A stretch of DNA of 63,785 nucleotides, the filler included, from Sphacelaria rigidula (taxonomy: Eukaryota), in assembly GCA_964200075.2 (NCBI GenBank). It is 6 parts of 6 records of this genome, joined end to end, with 100 filler letters (N's around TTAATTAATTAA, not from the genome) between each part and the next. Parts side by side here need not be neighbours in the genome. Positions count along the whole stretch, not along the records: positions 53,240 to 63,785 come from CAXNAA020006301.1; 5 more parts are not named here. The stretch is one strand, 5' to 3'. A program made the translations under genes and the position numbers. Below the pieces are notes generated by a model, which did not search any database, was not told where the DNA came from, and saw nothing but the letters and a program-made list of their open reading frames with translations. Below, piece by piece: positions 53,140 to 63,785 of the stretch (within the stretch, counting starts at the first letter, position 1; each line of letters opens with the position of its first letter).

Positions 53140-55004
53140 NNNNNNNNNNNNNNNNNNNNNNNNNNNNNNNNNNNNNNNNNNNNTTAATTAATTAANNNNN
53201 NNNNNNNNNNNNNNNNNNNNNNNNNNNNNNNNNNNNNNNGCTGCTCGTTGTGCTCGGTTTTCTCCATTTCGATTTACGTGAAGATTTTGCCTCCCAAAAC
53301 CATGCACTGTTTTGGGGGGGGCTATCGTAGAAAGTGTCTACCGCAGGAGTAAGGTGGAGAAGTAAAATAAATAGAAGAGAAAGAAAAACCTCCTGTGTTG
53401 GCCTCCCGCCCGTGTGACCCCGGCTGATGCGCCCACATATACCAAAAGGTGTAGACTGGCGTCCAGAATAGATGGAATGACAACGCACACACCCGATGAA
53501 CACTAGGCACCAAAAAGCGGGCGAAACAGTGTGCCGTCGAAGAGTACTTCTACACGCAAAGTACAGATGTATGGCGAAGAGCACAGACGGCACGTGTTTA
53601 CTACATTGTACAATGGATCGAACACCACCCCTGCCGCCGCCACACGGATCAAAATATACAACAGTTTGTCGCCACGAGCACACCAAATAGTGGATTGGAA
53701 CGAGAATGCCACTATTGCGTGATGTCATCCTCCCCTGCCCTCCGAAAACCAGGAAATAACGCGAATGCATTATCACCCCTCTATCCTTCTGACCTTACTA
53801 AGGGTAAGTCTCGTCGTTTGAGGGATGAATGTATGTCTTCAACCGGATGTACTTCGCTTGCTCTTCATATTGTGATACGCTGGATCAGAAATCCTGCAGC
53901 CTGTCGGTTTTATAGAAGTTCCATCTTGCGCGTGTGGACAGCGTGGGGTGGATAAAGTCAAGTGTATGATACTGTAACGCGGCAGCAACACTGTGATCAG
54001 ACCGACGGAGGGTTTCCTTACACCGGCTTTCTCTTTCTGCGTGTTGTTCGCCGAACGCGACTTTGCCACTTGCTCAGGAGTGTTTCAAGGCGCTGCAATG
54101 GCATCCCCGGCTGTCGTGGGCACTCGGGTCGAGGTGAGCACGACTACCCGATGTGTTCAAAACGTTGTCGTGTATGCGACGTAGAAGCGTACTCGCGAGC
54201 GGTGTGTGCGGGAATGGCACAGCACAGGTGAGGACACGGATTAAAGGCTGAATCCCCTACTCGGCGCAAGGGTCCATGTTTGGAAGGGGTCGTGGGACCT
54301 CCGTTGATGTAGTAATTACCCAGTAGAAAAGTGTATATTATGCCCTCCATGTCAAATGTAAAACCCCATGTGTGCCCTCCGCTCGCACACTGCACAACAC
54401 AAAAATATCACACACTGACACTGAATGAAGTGGGGTAGTCATTCCTGGGGAAAATGCTCATACAAACATGACATGTCATAATCCCATCTCTTCGCCACGC
54501 AAGAAAGCATGTCCCCGTCACATCCCTACTGCAACCATGATTTCGGGTATACCTTCAAATAACAGAACTAGTCTCTTATTCGTACTTTCCCTGTATGTCA
54601 TGATCCAATCTTAGAATCCATTTCCCTTGTATCCAGGCAGTTGTATAGTTACAATCCTGGAGCGTAAGTATAATCGATTACGGATATCATCGTTAGAGCG
54701 AACACATGCGTTTTGGCGATGCTAGCGGAGAAATGTGGTGGCACTTTTATGAAACCCCGGGAGAGCCGGAAATTCATGAAACATGTGGATGGTGAACAAC
54801 ACCACAAAATGAAACGCCGGGACATGGAAATACTGTGCATATAGGCTATGTCTCGATTAGAGTTTCCTCGAGGCTCGGGCTTTGTGCATGAGTCTAGCGT
54901 TGAGCTGCCGAGTTTTATCGTCGAAACAGAGAAACGTCGGTTTGCACTTGACGTTCCGTGTGCTGCATCGGGGGTGGTGTTCCCTCATCCCTTAGGCACT
55001 GGAA

Positions 55005-56150
55005 ATGACGCAGAGGGCCATCGAAGAGAATAGGCCGTGGTACCAAGCTGTCCTTCTTCGGGCAGAGACGGCAGAGGCTGCGGTCGGAGAGACTGTCACC
55101 GGGGTGGTAATTGAGGGGTTCCGTGTACTGGTGAATGTGGTCAACGTGGACGCTGTGAAGCCCGCTTGTGTTGTCCTTAGTGCTCTGTTTGAGGCTGCGA
55201 AAGGAGCCACCGCTGCCCGGGAGGAACTGCTAGACCTGCTGAGCTACTGTGTCTTGATCACGAGTATCGTACTGGACAATGCCCGTGCGCCGGAGCTTCC
55301 GGCGCACATCCAGAAGGCTTTGGAGCAGGTGACAGTGGAGATCACCAACATACATGACACCGCTAACCAGTTCGACGCCAAGGCGAGCCGTTCTTGGCCT
55401 CGGCGAAGGTTGCGTCTGCACGCCAGAGACAGAAGTAGGATCGAGACGCACAGGACGACACTCGAGGAAATCTTGGCCACGGCGACGAGCGCTGCCGCGC
55501 TTTCTGCCGCTGCTGACGCGAGCGCTATTCGCAGCATGTTGACACTCTCCTTCACGCCTGGAGGTATGGCAAGGGTTCCGCATGAAGCGCAGTTGCGACC
55601 TTCTAGTTACGTGGAGCGCCCGGCTCTGGTGTCCGAGATTGTTTCTAAACTCACGGCAGCAGATGCTAGCAGTCGTCCATACGTCCTTTTTGGTATGGGA
55701 GGAGCGGGCAAGACAGTGCTAGCATCCTCAGTCGTTCGCAACCCAGATGTCCTGGACAACTTCACGGGAGGGATCTTCTGGCTTCGCGTAGGACGAGCTG
55801 GTGAAACTCACCCTCTAGCGCTGCTCGAGGGGCTAGCCGCCAAGGTGATCGTATCTCCCACAGGTCCGCGCAATTTCAGCAGCGAGGACGAGGTGGTTCG
55901 GAGCCTGACTTCGGCCATTTCAGAAGATGGTCTGCCTCGCCTGGTTGTGGTGGACGATGTGTGGGAGCGGGACATGGTGGATGTGCTGGCGCGCACCGGA
56001 CTTCGACTCCTGGTGACCACGCGTGTCCGTGCAGCAGTTGCCATGGACGGAGGGTGCACGGAGGTGGGAAGCATGGACCAGGTGGAGGCGCGACAGCTGC
56101 TGAGATCGAGGAGTGGCGCGGTGGCACTTCCGGAGAAGGAGGCTGACCAG
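55005..56150 (+). CDS. NLR-like NB-ARC (STAND ATPase) protein, first large coding exon: N-terminal helical domain plus NB-ARC core
   Basis: P-loop GMGGAGKTVLA, F.GGIFW, kinase-2 LVVVDDVW, RNBS-B LLVTTR. Ends at CAG|GTAC donor, phase 0. An in-frame TAG acceptor at 54995 suggests an upstream (UTR or coding) exon. Confidence 0.92.
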
Positions 56151-56453
56151 GTACACGTACGGGGGCCACTGGTTCAGGATGGAGCGTTAAAGAGGTGTCA
56201 GCCATGCTCATGCGTCGACCGCAAACATGGCTCTGTTCGTAGCAATGACTGGCGTGATTGCTGATTCCTTGGTAGACCCAAGGTTGTCCTGATTCACAGA
56301 GTAAACTACGTCGCTGTCAAAGTAAGACTTCAAGCGGCCTTGGCTTGTTACGCGGTACTGTCATATAGTGCTGATTTATGCTGAACTCGCTCGATTGCTT
56401 CCCCGGCCTGTGTTGGTCTATTGCTATCCTCCGTCGTGATGTATCCGTCGCAG

Positions 56454-56768
56454 GTTGCTGAGGAATGCGGGCGGTTACCGTTGGCCCTAGCTATTGCAGG
56501 GTCGCTCCCATGTGTGACCAACAGTCCAGACTGTGCTTTATCGTGGAATAAGCTGCACCAAGAGATCAAACAGAAGAAAACAACGCCCCGAGGCCTGCAG
56601 ATGAGCAGAGACATCGCCGACGACAAGTCCAAGACATCACTGTTTCCCGTACTGTCCGTGAGCCTACAAGATTTGGGTGAAGAGGAGGAGGTCATGTTCC
56701 TGGGTCTGGTTGTGCTCCCCCGTGGTGTCTGGGCATCAACTGCTATGCTGGCCACGCTCTGGGAGAAG
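56454..56768 (+). CDS. NB-ARC protein exon 2 (GLPL motif / ARC subdomain)
   Basis: CAG acceptor, 315 nt, encodes VAEECGRLPLALAIAG...LSVSLQDL...LATLWEK. GT donor, phase 0. Confidence 0.92.
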
Positions 56769-57363
56769 GTGTGGTTCAATTGAAAGGGCCGTTGCATCGA
56801 TTACGGACCTTTGTACATACAGAATGCGCAGTGATGGTTGCGAGATGGTTGGAGCTTCACAGAGCGATGCTTTCCCCCTCCTGTTCATCAGGTTTTTGAG
56901 TCGGTATGCCTGATGGTAAAAACAGCTCGACTCATGTGTACTGTGAGGTAGCAAATTCTCTTGAACGTTTTGCCAACATCGAGCGATCAGTTGTTTGCAG
57001 CTGCGAGATGAAAAGTAAGTCAGGGGGAATTTTGGGTCCACGGTGATTAAAAAAAGGTTTGTTTTCATTGTGAGGCCGAAAGTATTTGATTTCAGCATGC
57101 CGCTTCGTAACCCCCGATGCTATGGGCTTACCGTATATGTCCGTTGGGTGTTATGGCATGACCGCCATATACAGCACGGACCCACGTCCATGTAAACTCC
57201 CTGTATAGTAGACGAGTGCGGAAAGAAGGAATGGAGGCTTGTGCGACAAGGTTGTGTGGAGATCTTCCTGTCAGCTGGGGCCGTCGCCGCAGTCGCTTCG
57301 TGAAGCTCGTGGGATTGCCCTTGCTCAACACGGACTTGTGTTCTGAACTATATCGCGTCGCAG

Positions 57364-57765
57364 GATGTCGAAGGTGCAAAAAATGAAGCTGAGTTCCTAG
57401 CGCGTAATGCACTAATGAATGAGGTGGAAGGCTCCTTCTACGTGCACGACCTGCTGTTGGACTTCATCAAACTGAGGTGTACAAGCACGGGCTTGCGCGG
57501 GTTGGTCGAGGATGCTGTGAATCGTCAAGCACGGTACTTGAGCCAACCGTCCGTGGTCCGAGAGTTTGGTGAGAACGGGGAAGGCGAGGGGCTGAGCACG
57601 AACATGTACGCGCTGATTTGTTTGTGGCGGTCACTGGAGGACCTGTCCGGCAATGACCAGCTGGAGGTGGAGACGTATAGGGCCAGTGTTGGGGAGTTGG
57701 TTCAAGCTGAGTCGACGGACGTAGCCGATGTGTATTCGGTGATCGGGAGACTGTACCATCTACAG
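57364..57765 (+). CDS. NB-ARC protein exon 3 (winged helix with MHD-like VHD motif); gene continues, probably with TPR exons
   Basis: CAG acceptor, 402 nt, encodes DVEGAKNEAEFLARNALM...FYVHDLLLDFIK...VYSVIGRLYHLQ. GTGAG donor, phase 0. No stop reached. Confidence 0.9.
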
Positions 57766-60327
57766 GTGAGGTATTGGTATGTTTGCCACAGCCATAGTGG
57801 CTTGTAGTGAACTTGTGTCAGAAGATTAGACTCAGCTTTCGAAAAGTATTGATTTATCGTAAAATACACCCACACCACGAAATGTAAGATGTGGCCGGAT
57901 CAAGGTCAAGGTGTTTGCCGCGGGAAAAGCTATGCTCGTCAATTTGGTGACTGTCCTGGGCCAAGCCCGTCGCTTCGGCGGAAGATGTGGTCAAAATAGG
58001 TTCGTCGTCGTGTTGTGGAAGGTTTCGTGCGGCCGAAATATGGCGGTTTGCTGCAGGTTTGACATGTTTGATGACTTGCTCACCATGACTGATGGCTCCT
58101 TGTGACACAGCATGACTACACCGGGGCTGGTTGCTCGTTGAGCGGGCAGACGCCGTTCGAGAGGAAGCACCAAGTCTGCGGTGTCCAGACGTGGCTCAAA
58201 TCTACTCTGGTTGATACGAAGTCGGCCCCTTTCAAGCATTTGATGTTACGATGCTCACGGTCTGGGGTGTTTCCTTCGAAACGAAAGTCCTGTTTCGGGC
58301 ACAACCACGGTCACTCGACGTCGCGAACTATGGCTGTAACTTTTGATGACGGTTCGTTTGCACGCAAGCCCGGGTGTGCAACCTGTTCTGCTGTACGGCG
58401 ACTGCAGCGTCTATAGGCCCACAACCGAACAGTTCGATGGCCTGCGGTGGAGACCTTGAAAAAGCCGCTGCCGTTATCATTTCTCGGGTCAAGTCCGTGC
58501 AGACCGAAAGCACCGCACTGCCCTAAGGGGAACACATGTCGATGGTAAAGAGTGGCACGCATTGCTACAACTCTCTCAGTACTGCACGGTTGTCCGTCAA
58601 CCAAAGCACACCATGTTCAGTTACACAGTGGTTGTATGTCGACCCGCCGCTTGTCATAATTCTTACCGGAGGCCGAAAAGCCTGTTTATTTCATGAAGCA
58701 ACAAAGCTGCATCTGTTCTCACCATTGAAGCAATGAAGGGCCCTGCTGTGACAGAAGGGCAGTTTTTCAGGGTTCATCATCACGTATGGAGGTTCCAGCA
58801 GGATGTGTTTCTGCGCCGCCAGTTTGGGTTTTCAAAGCAGCGGTTATGAGATACTACACAAAAAGTGGTGCGTCCGGGCGGTTGACATGATACCTTGGAA
58901 ATATGACACGAAAACTGAGCGGTGTGTACCGGGTTCACGTGTGAGGCGATTGGTATTTCCGGGATATTGTGGATAAGATTTGTATCTGTTTGAAAGCATG
59001 AGCTCAGTCCATACCAGCGGTGGCCCCATCGCAGCAGCTAGTTGGCTTTTGGATGCCTCTCGAACAATGCTTGGTAGCTAGATTCTTGAGCCACGGCACA
59101 AACTGCAGAAGCTTCAGTGACGCTGTAGGTCACCTGCACTCAAACCTGCAGAACGATGGTGTACTGAAGTCGTGGAAGCTCGCACGGTGCTAAAACGCCA
59201 GCCACTCGCTCTTACCGAATATCCTACATCAGTCTTGAATCAAACAGGAAGTGAGAAGTGCATCTGCTCAGTACCCGGTACAGTAGTGGGCATCTGATGC
59301 GGACGCCTTTCGTGGTCACAGCCTAACTACCCAAAATAATAGGGTATAAAAAATAGTGGAAATAAAATCGGACCCGGGAACATCCACGCAGGCGTGATAC
59401 AAGAAAGAAAACTAAAGCAAACGAAAAGAGAGACCAGTGATAATATCAAAAGGAGGCAAAGAAACCTACTGGTAACCTCCTGAGTTCCGATGCCGCAGTC
59501 GACCATTCGGGCTACTGGAGTTGGGGCCCGATGGTCCAATCAACACGCGAGGCCAAACAGGAATTGAACCAAACTCAGGGACCCAGATCACCAACCTTAG
59601 CAATTAGAATCGCAGGGTTCTATCCTTGTACCTCTAGAGGGACAGCCATGTGTACGAATATACTGGGGATAACAAGAAAAGTACCACATAACAACACACT
59701 ACCTCGGGGGAGGAGTGCAAACCCAGTTTACTGGAAAATGGCGTTAACTCACGAGAACAAACTTCCTGTCCTGCAAAAACGTTTTTTTACCATGCACTAT
59801 TCATTCTCCGAACCAAATTTGAAAGTCTAACTCTCACAATTGAGGTGAGGCGGAGCGATTTGAAAACCGGACCGGGCCACATTCAGAACAATATTTTCCT
59901 GGCCATTTACCGACCCAGGTTTGGCATTTGTGTTTCGAAATTTTGCTTGGGACCTCGCCAGGCCATAATGAACATACAAAGTGGACAGGTTGATTTTTTT
60001 CACTTATGTGAACGGTTTAGTATAGTAAAGATCAAATTTCACGAGAACACCCATACCCCTGGAAAAAGAAGAAGAATGAAGGCCCATTTTTTTTCAAGAC
60101 ATGCATTTGCGATTCTCCGTGCTAAGTTTCAAATCGCAATTATAAAAATTGAGCTGAAAAACTCAGGTAAGGTCCAAGAACAACGTCCATTTTTCCCTGA
60201 AACTCCCCCTCTCCCCCCAAAAGAAGAGAAGCAAATAGTGAAAAAAAAAAACCCTGCTTTTTTTGATATTTCATCATGCACTAGTGATTCTCCAGACGAG
60301 ATATCCAAGCACAACTCTCAAAGATTG

Positions 60328-61561
60328 CACACCCTGTACAACTTAACTAATAACTGACAAAGTTAGTTATTTGGTACCAGGTAGTTGTCTGCAAACAACT
60401 AGTTGACACGATTCTGAACCAGTAGTTGTCTGCAGGCAACTAGTTGCACATGAATATGAAAAGTTGGTTGTCTGCAGACAACTAGTTGCGTACGAAATTG
60501 AAAAGTTAGTTGCCTACAGGCAACTAGTTGCACACGATTCTGAACCAGTAATTGTCCGCAGGCAACTAGCTGCCAGGGCAGTTGTCAATGTAGAACAACT
60601 TGCTCGGGTAGTTGTCAACAACAGAACAATGGGACCGTTGTGGCCTATAGGCAGACCGACCGCGGATACAGCCAGGGAACACGGCCGCACGGAAGGGCGT
60701 CGAGGCCGGGATAGTGTAGTTATGTTCCAGGAGCAGTTCGTACTTGGGTTTTTCGGGTTTTCGGGCTCGGCAGCGACAAGGATATATGTAGTCGCCACGT
60801 GCTCACGAGAGTACCTGTTTTGTGTTTTGTTTTTGCTGTGTGTTTTGACAACGATGCACGGCAAGGCAAATGCCCATGCTTGCATCATCTCTTCCGCAAC
60901 CAGTGTTTTGTTTTGCGCCGCCCAGCATATTATTCTGGAATTTATGTGGACGTTGTTCGGGAGATAGCTCCGGCTTTGGAGAGGGGTGGTGGTCATCTAG
61001 CTATGAGTTGGAATTGTCATGCTCGCGCGCGGAATATCACACAGCATGTTGCGTTTGCCATCGTTCATATCGCCAGCCTATACAGGCTGGCTTGATCTTT
61101 GTGGTTTGCCCCCGTTCTTGCGCAGATACGGCTTAGCACCACCACCACTACTATGACACCTGCTGATGATGCACTCATTTGTCACAACTATCCAACTGTG
61201 TTGGTTGTTTGGCAGACAACTACCTAGTTGCACACGATTCTGAACCAGTAGTTGTCTGCAGGCAACTAGTTGCGTACGAATCTGAAAAGTTAGTTATCTT
61301 CAGGCAACTAGTTGCGTACGAATCTGAAAAGTCAGTTGTCTGCAGGCCACTAGTTGCATACGATTCTGAAAAGTTAGTTATCTACAGTTAGTTGTCTGCG
61401 GGCCACTAGTTGCATACGATTCTGAAAAGTTAATTTTCTGCAGGCAACTAGTTGAGTACGGATCTGAAAAGCTAGTTGTCTACAGGCAACTAGTTGCGTA
61501 CGAATCTGAAAAGTTAGTTGTCTGCAGGCCACTACCAACTATCGTAGTTGTACAGGGTGTG
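60328..61561. mobile_element. hAT-like non-autonomous DNA transposon with internal 42-bp tandem repeats and a nested ~550-bp insert
   Basis: Perfect 16-bp TIRs CACACCCTGTACAACT / AGTTGTACAGGGTGTG. 8-bp TSD AAAGATTG / AAACATTG. Repeats TAGTTGTCTGCAGGCAACTAGTTGCGTACGAATCTGAAAAGT at 60380-60620 and 61215-61540. Confidence 0.85.
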
Positions 61562-62098
61562 AAACATTGAGACACGGAATCCAGATTAGTGCATTTTGTG
61601 CCTCTGCTCGTAATACATTGATTTTAATATGGAACCTTATGTGCGCTATATCTCGAGCTACCGGATTACGTGAAGGTGAGGGTATCCGTCGTTTCCCCGT
61701 GCTCCAGGGAATGTCCACACCAAAGATCGTCATCATTCGCTGTATATATCGTTCGGAGTTTCATGTAGACTTTAGTATGAACCCTATCCTCGTACGGTAT
61801 AGGAATATCTAAACATGGATTTGAATCAACGAGAAAATATTGGCCGAGCTTTTTTAGCAGATAGACACCTTTGCCTTGATGAGACGGTTTATACCATATG
61901 CGGATCACGGCCCAACTCGTCTGTGTCGATGAGATAATGCTCTGAGAGCGTGAACCCGTTTCTAGGCTGGACCAGCCTGTGGCTGATAATCCACTTCAGA
62001 AATGCAAGAAATGCAGCCGCCTGATTTGCCAAATCACACCGTCAACGGATTCTGGCGGAAGGCACGCGCGGTGTAACACTTCATGACAACTCGATCTC

Positions 62099-63185
62099 GC
62101 TTTCACCGGATTTGGCGACGACCTCACCGGTTTTTGGCGATCGAAGTGCCTGACCGCAGGTTCCCGGCTAGCCACAAAACATGTACACGTCACCCCTCTC
62201 TCTGTTACCTTTCGGCGGCTGGCCGCTAAAAATCGAGAGTTTGGTTTTGTCATTCCGACCACCATCATCCCAACCCATGAAGGGCTTTACCCACAATGGC
62301 GCGGCTGTTTCACAGCTTCGAAGTGGACGGGCAAACAAATCAGGGCGGAGCGAAAACACTGTTTGGTCGAAATCACAACACACATGCCACTCATTGACTA
62401 CAATAGTCCTCGGCTGGCGAACGGTGTCGGGTCAACCAACGGGAAAGGGATGGACGCGGCAGCTGGCTTGTGTTCACCCAAGAAGTAATGCACAACTTAC
62501 GAATTCACGGCTCATGTGAAGGCGCGTCAGTGTGCAGCCAGGCAAGGTACAGACACGTGCCGAAACACAGTGCACATAGGCAGCGACAGCAATCTTGCAG
62601 CTTGAGAGAACCGCCGACCGTGTGGTCATGGCCCCTTCTGTGGCTAACTACCTGGCGGGTGTAGGCCAATACCTACCACAATACGGTAGGCAATTCCAGG
62701 CCCAACCAAACCATACCAAAACCCGGAGAGAGAGAGGCAGAGGTTCCCATGTAAGGGCCACCGTCTGCTGCGAAAAAGAGCGGAGGCTGCACATGCCGTG
62801 CCCACCGAAACTTGAAAAGTGCTTGTGTCTGTGTTCGATTCTTTCATGCTGGGCAGTGACATGTTTTACGTGTACGGTTGATGTTGTTCCTCGTAGGATG
62901 GTGGTGGGTTCTGTTTTTGACTGTGTTTTTGCTCCGCTCTGATTTGTTTGCCCGTCCACTTCGAAGCTGTGAAACAGTCGCGTGATTATGGGTAAAACGT
63001 TCCACAGAGTTGGGATGGCGGTGGTCGGAATAACGAAACAAAACTCTCGATATTTAGCGGCTAGCTGCCGAAGGGGAAAATAGAGTATTGTGACGTGTAC
63101 ATGTTTTGGGGCCAAGCGGGACCCTGCGGTCAGGCTCTTCGATCGCCAAAAACCAATGAAATCGTCGCCAAAAACCGGTGAAAGC
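62099..63185. mobile_element. Foldback/MULE-like element with ~265-bp terminal inverted repeats
   Basis: 62099-62360 (GCTTTCACCGG...CTTCGAAGTGGACGGGCAAACAAATCAG) is reverse-complementary to 62920-63185, around a ~560-bp non-coding core. Confidence 0.82.
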
Positions 63186-63239
63186 ATGGGTCTGTCAAAA
63201 ACATAACTCGGGACACGTAAGCCCCAAGATCGAAAATCC

Positions 63240-63486
63240 CAGGGGTGTACACACTACACGTTCACGTTCACGTTCACGCTAGGTCCATTTTGTAAAAACA
63301 AATTCAGCTTCATGTTATGTTACGTATGGCATGTTGAAGCATTTAACATTACATTAACATTTCATTCGAAAATTTAACGTGACGTTCACGTTACGTTCAT
63401 CACGTGAAATGTTTTTAACGTTCACGTTACGTTTTGTCCAGAACGTAACGTGTAACGCCGTGGCACGTGCAACGTGTATATCCCTG
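63240..63486. mobile_element. hAT-like MITE rich in ACGTT(C/A) repeats, nested in the GGGTCTGTC repeat
   Basis: TIRs CAGGGGTGTACAC / GTGTATATCCCTG. Flanks GAAAATCC / GAGAATTC; the empty site GAAAATTC is present in the paralogous copy at ~44534. Confidence 0.8.
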
Positions 63487-63785
63487 GAGAATTCGAGTTT
63501 TTGAGAAGGTGGGGAGGGGGGGGGGCACCCAGCCTGCTGTCCCCTGGTCTATTGCCGAGGCGTTGGCGGATGCGCTCAGCTGCCGCGTACAGAGATTCCC
63601 GGCATGGATATCGCTGAGATGACGGACACACCGCCCCCCCAACCTCATTACCTACCATGATTACATTAATGGGATCATGTTCCGTGTCGTGTATTGTAGA
63701 TGTATGTGTGTCAGCGTTGCCGGTATCCGAGGTCATCGGGACAGGGCGGGCAAGGAGCAGAAGCAAATATACGAACCTTGCAAAG

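Overview
Eukaryotic, intron-rich and transposon-rich genomic DNA. Gene content (EsV-1-7 repeat exon, NB-ARC gene, expansin-like gene) and gene structure (short exons, multi-kb introns, (CA)n/(CTG)n microsatellites) point to a brown alga (Phaeophyceae); this is an inference. Five 100-bp scaffold gaps carry an artificial TTAATTAATTAA linker, so adjacency across them is uncertain. Genes rebuilt by hand from GT-AG splice sites and reading phase: (1) three internal exons of an inositol monophosphatase (- strand, 70-8606, with a 7.4-kb intron); (2) an isolated EsV-1-7 cysteine-rich repeat exon (+, 12811-12923); (3) a complete 4-exon, 209-aa secreted expansin-like gene (-, 25175-28809); (4) the terminal exon of a RING-finger protein (+, 32572-32841); (5) three coding exons of an NLR-like NB-ARC gene whose N-terminal helical domain resembles MLKL/HeLo-type four-helix bundles (+, 55005-57765, 3' part not found). 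Mobile DNA: a degenerate, near full-length Ty1/copia element (~37.5-42.5 kb), a LINE RT 3' fragment plus many short tails ending in ATGAGTACA-(C)n, piggyBac-like TTAA MITEs in tandem, hAT-like MITEs with 8-bp TSDs, several foldback elements, two unrelated 42-43-bp palindromic repeat arrays, and a ~5-kb decayed intronless coding tract of unknown origin (45.5-50.6 kb).
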